Shown one piece after another: positions 29,601 through 39,072 of a DNA stretch of 61,659 nucleotides. The notes under the pieces are model-generated. The model worked only from the letters and a program-made list of their open reading frames with translations, was not told the DNA's origin and made no database searches. The DNA is from a bacterium. GTDB lineage: Bacteria > Patescibacteriota > Minisyncoccia > Phycocordibacterales > Phycocordibacteraceae. Where the stretch lies: assembly GCA_021836725.1 (NCBI GenBank), contig JAKBHL010000014.1, forward strand, positions 1 through 61,659, written 5' to 3'. Numbering within the stretch: position 1 is the stretch's first letter; the number at the start of each line of letters is the position of its first letter. The position numbers and the translations under genes are program-made.

Positions 29601-29738
29601 CCCTTCCGGGATATTGATAGGCGGCTCAACCTCTTTTGGGATTTGTAAGAGCGAAAAAGAACCCGCAATAACTAGGGTCGCAATAAGTACGTAACTAAAT
29701 TGCCGCTTCTCAAGAAAAAAATTCCAAAGCCACAGCAT
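26634..29738 (-). CDS. RND efflux permease (AcrB/AcrD/AcrF family)
   Basis: 1034 aa; GILVDSGIVV; RLRPIVLTTITT. Confidence 0.93.
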   Translation of the reverse strand: MLWLWNFFLEKRQFSYVLIATLVIAGSFSLLQIPKEVEPPINIPEGVVVTTLPGAAAADIETLITNKLEDQISGISNIDTMTSVSSNGVSQITVQFLANADITQSIQDLRDAVAKVVPNLPADASTPSVTKVSFSNTPILIASVSSDVPPLTLSTVGQTVSDALKRISGVSDVHVTGVPDRQVDVVVDKKALLLYGLQISDVISAIQTSNATLPIGSISMDGISYNVNFKGSITNPDAIQNIVVANKNGTLIYLRDVATVFNGLAPATTYSRLSVGGAPSQNAITFSVYKQAGASTQGVSDAVRQALTSMEKTTLTGFNVYISPSTDMGVQVGKQLGELAKTGVETVALVILVLLITIGWREAIVAAISIPLSFLIAFIGLYFTGNSLNFITLFALILAVGILVDSGIVVTEAIHARMRGNGDALAAAQKALADYAWPLIAGTMATVAVFLPLFFITGIIGKFIAGIPYTLIFVLMASIFVSLGLVPLIAILFSTKRKNRLTMLQEAYTDRFTAWYKRLLRTILEHRHTQKIFLLSLGGLFLLSISLPLFGLIQTVFLPQSNQDYVFINVTEPQGTTLAVTNDAVRQVEAVLQHDPDIYSFQTTVGQSSAFTDMLSGGANGSNVANITVNLPLGHAKTSTQVVNDLQKRLAPITDATIQVLQASGGPPSSAPIQIQFEGNNLNDLITAADRGEQLLATIPHVTNLTSSTQNNGTEFDLTIDRAKAAALGVNTLQVAQTLRSALQGTKAISITQPNKNIDVVVMMNLNSAYTSPSNTNQTTIESIKNLTIEGSAGPVLLGSILTDSLGQSNASIMHKDKVRLETVSAYPDSHTTASAVVSAFQRRLSSLSLPPGVSVSYGGDTQNINQSFSQMFVALIAGLVLMFMILIVAFNSFRYTFYLIMIVPLSLIGVLDGLALVGQPISFSSLLGVIALGGVIINHAIILMDSMIHRLRAAPDLPLIDVVIESAATRLRPIVLTTITTVIGMIPLSLSNPTWGPLAFSIMFGLSFAIVLTLILVPVLFYRAPRKTQPTSA

Positions 29739-29741
29739 AGG

Positions 29742-31358
29742 TTATGGAGCGTTTACTATGACCGTTTGTCCATTTGCAAGCCCGCGCGCGTCAGTCACGA
29801 TGTACTGATCGGGCGTGACGCCGGAAAGAATGGCAACCGTATCGCCAGTAATGGCTCCAAGGGTGACCGCGTGAGCGACGACCGCACTCGATGTGCTCAC
29901 GGTAAAAACGACCGCTCCGCCCGGGGTCATTTTCACGGCCGCAATCGGAATAGACAGTGTAAGCGGCATATGTGCCTCGGGAGTATTCGGAGCAGACAGC
30001 GTTCGATCGAGCACAACCGAAACGGTTTCGCCGTCAACAAGAGACGCCGTCGGCCCGGGTATGCCTATCTTAACTTCTATTTTACCCGTGAGCGGATTCA
30101 GTGCGGGTGCGATGAATGTTATAGCACCGTGCGTGCTCCCGTTTATAAGCGCCTGATTGCCTACGGCGAGCGTTCGGGCGTCCGGAGAAGTCACCGAGGT
30201 GTCGACGTAGAGTGCCTGGGGGTTTGAGATGATGGCAACGGGAGAAAAAGCAGATACGTAATCGCCTTGCGTGATAGGAAGGCTTACGATCACGCCGTCT
30301 ATAGGGCTGCGAATAATCGTATTTTCCAGGTTGGAGCGCACGGCATTGTACGCACCGAGCGCTTGTTTCACTTGCGCCTCGGCAAGCGCGATAGCGTTCG
30401 GTGTTGCGTTCGTGGCAGCATTCACCGCGGTTTGCGAAGAGGAAAGAGCGGTATCATATGCGCTTTTTGCCGCGATGAGGCTCGACAGCGCGACGGTTAC
30501 TTCAGTGTGAGCCGCACTAAGCGATGCGGCATAGCCCGCGAGCGTCGCGGAGCTCGCGTTCTGGCTCGGCGGTGTTTCATTGACCGCAGTTGCGAGGTTG
30601 TTCAAAAATTGAGTAATGGTTCCAACTGCCGTTACCATAACCGTACTATGCGCATCCAAAGAGGCGGAAGCGGAGTCCTTTGTGTAGGGAAGGAGCGTGT
30701 CGAATATCGCTTGCAACTGGACACGTTCTTGTAGCAACTTAGATACCAATTGGCTGTCCGGAACAGTAAGGATGATTTGTGGTGACGAGGTATTCGGATT
30801 TGTGAAAAGCTGATCCGCTTTCGCATGCACGGCATCATCGAGAGCGGCATAGGTGCTCTGCAGCGCATTTTGTAGCGCATTCTTTGCATTTTGAACACCC
30901 TGCTGTGCTTGTGTGACTGAAATGGATGAGCCGGTTACCCCGGCATTGAGCGTGTTTGCAAGTTCCGCCTGAGCCGCTTCATAGGCTCCCTGTGCTTGCA
31001 GTACGTTCGCCTGCTGCGCGCTGTTCGAAAACTCTGCAATGACCGTACCCGCTGTTACTTGGTCGCCAAGGGAATGGCGGAGACTGACAATCTCGCCGGA
31101 TGTTTGTGCAAGGACAGTCGCTTGGCTTACGGAAGTTACCACGCCGGTAACCGGCAATGAGCTTGTCGCGGAAGACAGGCTCGCAACAGTCGCGATGCTG
31201 ACGTGCGCTGTGCCCGTGTCTGCCGCACTTGAGGAAGCGGCGGGCCGCGTAAGCCAGTGTATGCCGACAATGCCTATGACAAGCACCGCCGCTCCCGCGA
31301 TAAGAGCGCGCTTCGGCAGGCGTGAAAGAAACGCGCGAATCGTAGAAAATGCCGGCAT
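29742..31358 (-). CDS. RND periplasmic adaptor (HlyD/MFP family) with long coiled coil
   Basis: N-terminal anchor; IRSPIDGVIVSL lipoyl-like motif. Confidence 0.85.
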   Translation of the reverse strand: MPAFSTIRAFLSRLPKRALIAGAAVLVIGIVGIHWLTRPAASSSAADTGTAHVSIATVASLSSATSSLPVTGVVTSVSQATVLAQTSGEIVSLRHSLGDQVTAGTVIAEFSNSAQQANVLQAQGAYEAAQAELANTLNAGVTGSSISVTQAQQGVQNAKNALQNALQSTYAALDDAVHAKADQLFTNPNTSSPQIILTVPDSQLVSKLLQERVQLQAIFDTLLPYTKDSASASLDAHSTVMVTAVGTITQFLNNLATAVNETPPSQNASSATLAGYAASLSAAHTEVTVALSSLIAAKSAYDTALSSSQTAVNAATNATPNAIALAEAQVKQALGAYNAVRSNLENTIIRSPIDGVIVSLPITQGDYVSAFSPVAIISNPQALYVDTSVTSPDARTLAVGNQALINGSTHGAITFIAPALNPLTGKIEVKIGIPGPTASLVDGETVSVVLDRTLSAPNTPEAHMPLTLSIPIAAVKMTPGGAVVFTVSTSSAVVAHAVTLGAITGDTVAILSGVTPDQYIVTDARGLANGQTVIVNAP

Positions 31359-31371
31359 ACAGACTTAATGA

Positions 31372-31803
31372 TTATTGGAAACTGCTAATAATTTTTTTGT
31401 TAAGCCTGGCGTACTCGACAAACTCTTTGTCGGTTAACGCCGAGAACAAGCGAACCATATGCGCGTGCGCCGTGCGTCGCGCGCGTGCCATCGCTTGTTT
31501 TGTTTTTGGCGTGAGGCGTATGACGGTCGTGCGTTTATCGACATCGCTCGTCGCTTTTACGGCGTAGCGCTTTTTTACAAGTTCTCCCACTACTTGGGTT
31601 GCCGCACTGCTCGTGATACCGAATGCCAGGCGAATATCTTTGATTGATACGGCCCCGATACGCGAAATGAGGCTTAAGGTCATCCATTGCGAATTGGTGA
31701 TGGCAAGACCACCGGGCGTACAGGAGCCCTTGATATCCGCATGGCGCTTCATTTTATGGAACCCCTCCAGTATTTCTTGTAGCCGTTTTGAGCGATCAAG
31801 CAT
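31372..31803 (-). CDS. MarR-family transcriptional regulator
   Basis: LTNSQW...ITSSAATQVVGELVKKRY...DKRTTVIRLT; GTAAG-ata-CTTAC inverted repeat just upstream. Confidence 0.85.
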   Translation of the reverse strand: MLDRSKRLQEILEGFHKMKRHADIKGSCTPGGLAITNSQWMTLSLISRIGAVSIKDIRLAFGITSSAATQVVGELVKKRYAVKATSDVDKRTTVIRLTPKTKQAMARARRTAHAHMVRLFSALTDKEFVEYARLNKKIISSFQ

Positions 31804-31887
31804 ATACGTAAGATACTTACCTATCGATATATGTTTGTCAATGACGCGTCTGCTACTGCGTGGTATCATATCCACCCTAGATGGAAC

Positions 31888-32778
31888 ATGCGCATGCGAA
31901 GATTTTTAAACACATATGTGGCGGTAGGCATTGCGCTAGTTCTCATTGCCGGCGGGTACGCGTTCCTTTCTAAAAAATCGCCGGCTCCGGTTGAAACTCC
32001 TCCGGTCCTTACGACCCAAGCGACCAGTTCAGTCGTATACCAAAATGCGCGCTACGGCTTCGATTTTTCACTGCCGGAGAATTGGAAAGGTTACTCCATC
32101 GTAAGGGGCACCTGGAAGGGATTTGCAAACACCGGCCCGGCAGGCGACGCGACGGTCGCGCAAGGCCCCTTGATTTCAATCAGAAATCCGGCGTGGACTG
32201 CGGCGAAACCGTACCAGGATATTCCCATCATAATCTTTACGCTTTCGCAGTGGGATGCGCTATTGCGAAACAAGTTCGAGGTCAGTGCCGCGCCTATCAA
32301 TCCGAGCCTGCTCGGCGCGAATGCCGCCTATGTCTTCGCCCTGCCCGCACGCTATAACTACGCTTTCCCGGCCGGATACAAGGAGGTTGCTACTATTATG
32401 ACAAGCAAACCGCTTACGCCGCTCCCTTCTTCGGGGACCCCGTCCACAAACGGGAAAATCCTCTTGTGCGGCGGCATCCCGAATGATTCCACGCAAAACA
32501 TAACGGAAACCACGCGGTTGTTTATCAACCTGCCAAAAGACGTGTATCCGGATAGGGAACATAATCTCCGATTTAAAACAGTGAGCGGCACCGCAACGGC
32601 CGGTTGGGTATCAAATGCCGGACCGTATGGCGAGGGATTCGGAGCCGAAGGCAACCCCGGCTGCTGGTCGTACTACTACGAATTTAACGGGACCGGAGAA
32701 GTGGATCTAACGGCAAAAGCCGCGACAGTAAGCGCGTCCGAGTATTTTGTGCGTTTCATCGTGCACCCAGCTCGGTAA
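31888..32778 (+). CDS. Membrane-anchored extracellular protein (PsbP-like YQNARYGFDFSLPENW segment)
   Basis: Signal/TM N-terminus; two apparent domains. Confidence 0.7.
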   Translation: MRMRRFLNTYVAVGIALVLIAGGYAFLSKKSPAPVETPPVLTTQATSSVVYQNARYGFDFSLPENWKGYSIVRGTWKGFANTGPAGDATVAQGPLISIRNPAWTAAKPYQDIPIIIFTLSQWDALLRNKFEVSAAPINPSLLGANAAYVFALPARYNYAFPAGYKEVATIMTSKPLTPLPSSGTPSTNGKILLCGGIPNDSTQNITETTRLFINLPKDVYPDREHNLRFKTVSGTATAGWVSNAGPYGEGFGAEGNPGCWSYYYEFNGTGEVDLTAKAATVSASEYFVRFIVHPAR

Positions 32779-32780
32779 TC

Positions 32781-33794
32781 ATGAAGAAAATACTGTTCGT
32801 GACTGATACGTGGATACCGCAGGTCAACGGCGTCGTGCAAACGCTTTCGGTACTTGCGGCGGCCCTTGAGGCGCGCGGCTACGCAGTCAGTATCATGGAG
32901 CCGGGACAATTCATGACCATGCCGTTGCCCGGGTATCCGGAAATCCGTCTCGCGCTTTTCCCGCGTGCGCGCATAAAGAGAATCCTTGAGGAAACACAGC
33001 CCGATGCGGTGCACATCATGACGGAAGGACCGCTCGGATTTGCCGCGCGGGCAGTCTGCATCTCGCGCCGCATTCCTTTCACCTCTTCCTATCACACGCA
33101 TTTCGCGCTTTATACGCGAGCGCGCGCCATCGGCGTATTCATGCGGCCGGTGTACTGGTATCTGAAGCGATTCCACCGGAGGGCGGCGGCTACGTTCGTT
33201 TCGACCGAGAGCCTCAAGGGCGAACTCGAGGCCGCCGGTTTTGAGAAAAACATAATCGTGGTGCCGCTCGGCGTCGATACCGAACGTTTCGTCCGCAATC
33301 CCGCACCGTCTTTGCCGGCGCTTCCCACTCCGGTGTTCCTGTTTTTCAGCCGTCTTGCGCCGGAGAAAAGCCCCGAGGAATTTCTGAAACTCGCGCTGCC
33401 GGGCACCAAACTCGTCATAGGCGACGGCCCCGACCGGCGAAAGCTCGAGAAAAAGTACGGCAAAGGGAACATGTTCGTCGGCTACAAACAGGGGAAAGAG
33501 CTTATCGACTGGCTGTCGCTGTCCCATGTGCTGGTATTCCCATCCCGCACCGAAACATTCGGCCTGGTCATCCTCGAGGCGCTTTCCTGCGGCATACCCG
33601 TTGCCGCGCATGACGTCATGGGACCGCGCGACATCATCACCGACGGGAAGGACGGCTGTTTGGGCGAAGATTTGCGTGCGGCTGCGCTTGCCTGCCTTGG
33701 CCTCTCGCCCGCCGATTGCCGCGCCAAAGCGCTTGAATATTCGTGGGAACACTCCACAGACGCTTTCCTGGGTAATCTCCGTTTCATCCGCTGA
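32781..33794 (+). CDS. Glycosyltransferase family 4
   Basis: TDTWIPQVNGVV; FPSRTETFGLVILEALSCG. Confidence 0.92.
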   Translation: MKKILFVTDTWIPQVNGVVQTLSVLAAALEARGYAVSIMEPGQFMTMPLPGYPEIRLALFPRARIKRILEETQPDAVHIMTEGPLGFAARAVCISRRIPFTSSYHTHFALYTRARAIGVFMRPVYWYLKRFHRRAAATFVSTESLKGELEAAGFEKNIIVVPLGVDTERFVRNPAPSLPALPTPVFLFFSRLAPEKSPEEFLKLALPGTKLVIGDGPDRRKLEKKYGKGNMFVGYKQGKELIDWLSLSHVLVFPSRTETFGLVILEALSCGIPVAAHDVMGPRDIITDGKDGCLGEDLRAAALACLGLSPADCRAKALEYSWEHSTDAFLGNLRFIR

Positions 33795-33836
33795 TCTGTT
33801 TTTGGAATAATCGGTATACTGTCACTGCTTCGACGT

Positions 33837-34703
33837 ATGCAGACTCACAGCCGCGCCATCGTTCTCCTCGTCCTCGGCCTGTCCGCTTTCGGCGGAGTGA
33901 TTTTCTTTGCGAAAAACCACAGCACAACCTTCGGGCCGCTTCCGGCACAAGGAACCCCACTCGAAAACCAGGCACGCTACGCGGAATTGTCGACAACCTC
34001 ACAGCAGACTTCGGAGATCGCTACTTTCCCCGCGGAAAAACTCAATCTGCCCATTCTGGTGTACCACATCGTTCGGCCGGGCTATCCGAGCGACAGCAGG
34101 GCGGTGCGCGCCATTGCGCTTACGCCTGAAACGTTTAATGCCGAGATGAAATACTTACAGACGGCAGGGTATCACGTCGTGCATTTTGGCAACCTTGAAG
34201 CATATTTCAAAACCGGCACGCCACTTCCGCCCAAACCGATCATTCTCTCTTTCGATGACGGTTGGGGCGATCAATTTACATACGCGTTTCCGATTCTTAA
34301 GAAATACGGTTATACGGCAACCTTTTTCGTTTTCACGAATGCGATCGGCCGCCCCGGCTTCCTTTCTTGGAGTGACCTGCGCCAACTGCTTGCGGCCGGC
34401 ATGACCATCGGCGATCATACGCGTTCGCATCCCTATCTTACCGATATATCGAGCTCCACCGTCCTTTGGAATGAGATAGACGGCAGCAAAAAAATACTCG
34501 AGAAGCAGCTGGGCGTTCCCATTACTGAATTCGCCTATCCTTTCGGGGCGTACAACAGCGCCATACAGACGCTCGTAAAGAAAGCCGGTTACGCAAGCGC
34601 TCGAGGGGACTACTTCAGCGGAGAACAGACGGCGAGTCGGCTCTATGACCTGAGCGCCATGAACGCTCCCACGACCACAGCTCTTTTTGAAAAGAAGTTC
34701 TAA
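33837..34703 (+). CDS. Polysaccharide deacetylase (NodB-like) with N-terminal anchor
   Basis: ILVYH, LSFDDGW, IGDHTRSHP, FAYPFG. Confidence 0.92.
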   Translation: MQTHSRAIVLLVLGLSAFGGVIFFAKNHSTTFGPLPAQGTPLENQARYAELSTTSQQTSEIATFPAEKLNLPILVYHIVRPGYPSDSRAVRAIALTPETFNAEMKYLQTAGYHVVHFGNLEAYFKTGTPLPPKPIILSFDDGWGDQFTYAFPILKKYGYTATFFVFTNAIGRPGFLSWSDLRQLLAAGMTIGDHTRSHPYLTDISSSTVLWNEIDGSKKILEKQLGVPITEFAYPFGAYNSAIQTLVKKAGYASARGDYFSGEQTASRLYDLSAMNAPTTTALFEKKF

Positions 34704-34776
34704 GCGAGTGTTATACTATGCGCAGTTCGCGGTGGTTCGCATTACATTATTAGATTATTAGGCTGGTATAAGAATT

Positions 34777-35481
34777 ATGACAAAAAAGATGTTGGCAGTG
34801 CTTGGAATGGTCGGATTTCTTTCAACTGCAGGGGTCGCACTGGCGCAAACGACCGCAACGGGGAGCACGGTAGCGCCGTCGACCGTGACGACTCTGCAAC
34901 CGAGAACGGAACCGATGGTACTCGAGGTCGGCGCCGCCGGGAGAGTGCTTTTGCGCGGCACCGTGGAATCCGCATCGGCGGGCTCGCTCACCGTGAAGAG
35001 CTGGGGCGGAAACTGGACCATAACGGTTCCCGCGAATGCGGAAGTGTTGCCGCGCGGTACGGCGGTCTCCGGCTTCGGGCAGGGGGATTTCGTAGGGGTT
35101 TTGGGTACGGTCAATCAAAATGCAAGCTTCACTATTGACGCGAAGATAGTGCGCGACTGGACGGCGCGGATGACAGCGCGGCAGGGGATTACGAGGAACG
35201 TTCGTACAGTCCACGAAATGATGCGTTCGGAAACTCCGAGAGTCGTCGAGGGCACGCTGAGCAATCTCGACGCATCGGCCGAAACCTTCACTCTGACCGC
35301 GAGGAGCGGCGCGAATTATTCGGTTTCGCTCGTCTCTGGCGCGAAGACGCTGCAAAGGAATTGGGCGACGCTTGACTTCAGCACGGTGCAAAATGGCGAT
35401 ACGGTCCGGGTCTGGGGGCCGGTAGCGAGTTCAACGATCTCGGCTTCGGTATTCCGAGACGTATCGGTCCCGCGACAGTAA
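34777..35481 (+). CDS. Secreted protein with two OB-fold-like (DUF5666-like) repeats
   Basis: Signal peptide; two units of GT..S....LTV...G....V.V.G. Confidence 0.65.
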   Translation: MTKKMLAVLGMVGFLSTAGVALAQTTATGSTVAPSTVTTLQPRTEPMVLEVGAAGRVLLRGTVESASAGSLTVKSWGGNWTITVPANAEVLPRGTAVSGFGQGDFVGVLGTVNQNASFTIDAKIVRDWTARMTARQGITRNVRTVHEMMRSETPRVVEGTLSNLDASAETFTLTARSGANYSVSLVSGAKTLQRNWATLDFSTVQNGDTVRVWGPVASSTISASVFRDVSVPRQ

Positions 35482-35498
35482 GCTCTATAGAACGCGGA

Positions 35499-35544
35499 AG
35501 TGTACAACAAAAGCGTCTCCTCGGAGACGCTTTTGTTGTACACT
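35499..35544. terminator. 22-bp perfect inverted repeat
   Basis: AGTGTACAACAAAAGCGTCTCC-tc-GGAGACGCTTTTGTTGTACACT. Confidence 0.65.
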
Positions 35545-35552
35545 CGGCATGC

Positions 35553-36029
35553 ATGCCACGATATTTTTACTTCGGTCTCTTACTCCTCGGGATCGCTTTG
35601 ACGGCTTTGCTCCTCTCGTCTTCCTATAGGACAGAACCGCAGGGAATCGGACACTACGCGAGAGGCGAGTTCGGAGGGGTGTCCTTGAGAATAGAATTCG
35701 CGACGACGACCGCAGCACAAGAGAAAGGACTCGGCGGTCGCAGGAGCATTCCGAGTGATTATGGGATGCTCTTCGTATTCCCACGCGATGGCTATTATGG
35801 TTTCTGGATGAAGGATACGCTCATACCGCTCGATATGTTCTGGCTTGACGATAAAGGACAAGTCGTATCTATGGCTCAGAATGTCGCCACATCGACCTAC
35901 CCGGAAGTCTTTTATCCGTCGGCGCCTGCGCGCTATGTCCTTGAGACTGCCGCGGGCTTTGCGCAGGCGCATGGAATCGCAACCGACACTCCGTTCGTAT
36001 TGCAAAATTGGCCAAGCGTTTCGAAGTAA
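35553..36029 (+). CDS. DUF192 family protein
   Basis: QEKGLGGR...GMLFVF...FWMKDTLIPLDMFWL...YVLE. Confidence 0.9.
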   Translation: MPRYFYFGLLLLGIALTALLLSSSYRTEPQGIGHYARGEFGGVSLRIEFATTTAAQEKGLGGRRSIPSDYGMLFVFPRDGYYGFWMKDTLIPLDMFWLDDKGQVVSMAQNVATSTYPEVFYPSAPARYVLETAAGFAQAHGIATDTPFVLQNWPSVSK

Positions 36030-36146
36030 CGCTGTCCACAGGGTATTCCGCACGCATGGAGGAGTAAAATAACTCCTACGAAGCGTCCGAGACCCCCGGT
36101 ATCGGAGAAAGCGAACGCTCGCCATTATCCCTAGCCATCTTCGCTC

Positions 36147-38540
36147 ATGTCAAAAGTCGCCAAAGCTCAGGTTCGTACAAAAACGCGTGTATCGAGTAAT
36201 GCCGATGCGACAGAGCAAGAAAACCTATCGAAAGAAACGATCCGTTATCGCGAAATGATTCCAAAAATCGAGAAGCGCGACGGACGACTCGTGCCGTTTG
36301 ACTTCGATAAGATCGCGGCGGCGATTTGGAAAGCGATGATGGCGGCGGAAGAGGGCAGCCAGGACGATGCGAACCTCGTTGCGCATCAAGTCGCCGGAGA
36401 ACTCGGACGATTTTCAAAGAAATACAGGAGTTTCCTCCCGACGGTCGAGGGCATACAGGACTCGGTCGAGAAGTATCTCATACTCAATGATTACGTGAAG
36501 ACGGCAAAGACGTATATCCTGTACCGCGATAAGCGTTCCCAGTTGCGCGCGGCAAAAATCGACATCCCGGAGCATGTGCAGAAACTGGTTGCGGAGAGCA
36601 AGAAATATTTTGATGGCAATGCGCTTGGCGAGTTCGTCTATCTGCGTACCTATGCGAAATGGATTCCCGAGGAAGGCCGGCGGGAGACCTGGATAGAGAC
36701 TGTCGACCGCTACATACATTTCATGCGCGAGAACCTCGGGACGAAACTCACCGAAAAAGAATATTCAGAAGTGCGCATGGGCATCCTCAAACAAGAAGTG
36801 ATGCCGTCGATGCGTCTCATGCAGTTTGCGGGGGAAGCGGCGCGCCGCTGCAACACCTGTGCGTATAACTGCACGTTTACGGCACCGACGAAACTCGAAG
36901 ATTTTGCCGAGATTATGTACCTCTCGATGCAGGGATGCGGCGTCGGGTTCGCGGTCGAAAGCCAGAACATAGAACAGCTTCCGCAAATCATGAAGCAGAA
37001 GGGGCAGAAGAAACCGCCGACGCATGTCATCAGCGATTCGAAAGAGGGGTGGTGCGATGCGCTTACGCTCGGCCTCACGACCTGGTATTCCGGCAAGGAT
37101 ATCGCCTTTGATTTTTCTCAAATCCGTCCGGCGGGCGCGCGTCTGAAAACCATGGGAGGGAAAGCGAGCGGTCCGGAGCCGCTCCGTTCTTTGCTCGCGT
37201 TCGCGCGCGAGCGCGTGCTCGCGCGCCAGGGCCGGCGGCTGCGCGCCATCGACGCGCACGACATCATCTGCAAGATCGGCGAATGCGTCGTCGCGGGCGG
37301 CGTACGGCGCACCGCGATGATCTCGCTCTCCGACCTCGACGACGTAGAGATGCGCGACGCCAAGAAAGGCCAGTTCTACATGACCGATCCTCACCGTTCC
37401 GTGGCGAACAATTCCGCGGTGTACGAAACGCAGCCGACCAATACCGAGCTTATGGACGAATGGGTCGCGCTCATGAAAAGCGGTTCCGGCGAACGCGGCA
37501 TCTTCAACCGCGGTTCGCTTGCCGAGACGCTGCCGAAGCGGCGCGCCGATTACTTCAGAAAGGTCGGTTTCCTCGGAGAGGACGGGGTGGTACGCGGGCC
37601 GGTCGGTACGAACCCGTGCGCGGAGATCATCCTGCAATCAAAGCAATTCTGCAATCTCTCGGAAATAATCGCGCGCGCGCATGACACTGAAGCTTCGCTC
37701 GTGCGCAAGGCGCGCCTCGCTTCGATCATCGGCACCTATCAGTCGACGCTTACGAAATTCGGGTATATTTCGCAGGAATGGACCGATCACAATCGCGCCG
37801 AACGGCTCCTCGGAGTATCGATAACCGGACAATGGGATAGTCCGGTGGTGCGCAATGGGGCGACGATGCAAAAAATCCGCGACGTTGCGGTGAAAACGAA
37901 CGTCACCTACGCGAAACGCTTCGGCGTCGAACGGTCGATGGCAGTTACCGCCGTCAAACCGTCCGGCACGGTCTCGCAGACTTTCAACTGCGCATCAGGC
38001 ATTCATCCGCGCCATGCTCCGTACTACATCCGCCGTGTGCGCATCAGCGCGACCGATTCGCTTTTCAAGATGATGCGCGATCAAGGGGTGCCGTACTATC
38101 CGGAAGTCGGGCAGTCGATGGAGGAGGCGAACACCTATGTGCTCGAATTTCCGGTCAAGTCGCCCGACCACTCCAAGGAAGCGCGGTTCAAAGACGATCT
38201 TTCGGCGATTGATCAGCTTGAGTACTGGCGGCTCGTGAAATTGAACTACACCGAGCACAATCCCTCGGCGACGATCTCGGTCGGCGAGGACGAGTGGATC
38301 GGCGTTGTCGATTGGATCCAAAAGAATTGGAATATCATCGGCGGGCTTTCATTCCTCCCGCGTTCCAATCACGTCTACCGCCTCGCGCCGTACGAGACCA
38401 TCACGAAAGAAGAGTACGAAGAACGCATGTCTCGCTTCCCGAAGATCGATTACTCGAAACTTATCGCCTATGAGCGCCAGGATGAGACGGAAATGAAAAA
38501 AGAGCTCGCGTGCGCCGGCGGCACGTGCGAGATACTGTAG
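36147..38540 (+). CDS. nrdJ: Class II (adenosylcobalamin-dependent) ribonucleotide reductase with N-terminal ATP cone
   Basis: IEKRDGRLVPFD ATP cone; VMPSMR; YNC; GTNPCAEI; TAVKPSGT; C-terminal CAGGTCEI. Confidence 0.9.
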   Translation: MSKVAKAQVRTKTRVSSNADATEQENLSKETIRYREMIPKIEKRDGRLVPFDFDKIAAAIWKAMMAAEEGSQDDANLVAHQVAGELGRFSKKYRSFLPTVEGIQDSVEKYLILNDYVKTAKTYILYRDKRSQLRAAKIDIPEHVQKLVAESKKYFDGNALGEFVYLRTYAKWIPEEGRRETWIETVDRYIHFMRENLGTKLTEKEYSEVRMGILKQEVMPSMRLMQFAGEAARRCNTCAYNCTFTAPTKLEDFAEIMYLSMQGCGVGFAVESQNIEQLPQIMKQKGQKKPPTHVISDSKEGWCDALTLGLTTWYSGKDIAFDFSQIRPAGARLKTMGGKASGPEPLRSLLAFARERVLARQGRRLRAIDAHDIICKIGECVVAGGVRRTAMISLSDLDDVEMRDAKKGQFYMTDPHRSVANNSAVYETQPTNTELMDEWVALMKSGSGERGIFNRGSLAETLPKRRADYFRKVGFLGEDGVVRGPVGTNPCAEIILQSKQFCNLSEIIARAHDTEASLVRKARLASIIGTYQSTLTKFGYISQEWTDHNRAERLLGVSITGQWDSPVVRNGATMQKIRDVAVKTNVTYAKRFGVERSMAVTAVKPSGTVSQTFNCASGIHPRHAPYYIRRVRISATDSLFKMMRDQGVPYYPEVGQSMEEANTYVLEFPVKSPDHSKEARFKDDLSAIDQLEYWRLVKLNYTEHNPSATISVGEDEWIGVVDWIQKNWNIIGGLSFLPRSNHVYRLAPYETITKEEYEERMSRFPKIDYSKLIAYERQDETEMKKELACAGGTCEIL

Positions 38541-38564
38541 GCCGTTCCGGAGCTTCCGTGCGCT

Positions 38565-38610
38565 ATCGAATGCGAAAACCCACGCAGGAGCGTGGGTTTT
38601 CGCATTCGAT
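38565..38610. terminator. 21-bp perfect inverted repeat between nrdJ and the rnpB 3' end
   Basis: ATCGAATGCGAAAACCCACGC-agga-GCGTGGGTTTTCGCATTCGAT. Confidence 0.7.
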
Positions 38611-38968
38611 GGGTCGGGCCGATAAGCCGAATTCTGTCTGGATTCTCACAAAGAGAACCGAGGCGATCATTTATCTGGGATCCCGATCGCTCGGGACCTC
38701 AAGCGGCACTTCCGTCAAAAGACGGACACGGCCTTGCACGGAGGTAAGGATTTAGCCGTTTCACCTCCCGAGTCGCCTCGGGAGCTCGTCTTCCGGAGCT
38801 CTCGCTTCGGAAGACGCTTCCTGCCTTTCGTCGGAAGCGTCTCTGCTCGCACCTCGCGCCTTACGGCGTGCGGGCGTTACCCGCTACCGTCCTCCCCGCC
38901 AAGGGCGGGGCCGTGTTCGGACTTTCCTCCCCGCAATTTCTTGAAGGGCAATCGCCTGGCCCGGCCGA
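38611..38968 (-). ncRNA. rnpB: RNase P RNA
   Basis: GAGGAAAGTCCGAACAC near the 5' end; CAGAATTCGGCTTATC at the 3' end; TATAAT upstream; ends approximate. Confidence 0.92.
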
Positions 38969-39072
38969 CATGCATTATACCACACTATTTTCTGTGGACG
39001 AGTGTCTGGACAAGTGCGGCTACGCGGTATACTGGACGGTATTATCATCGGATAAGTTCAATACAAACCCCT

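Noticed and set aside
36040-36146. Cobalamin riboswitch or NrdR boxes before nrdJ
   Set aside because: No B12-box or NrdR consensus visible; the region is short
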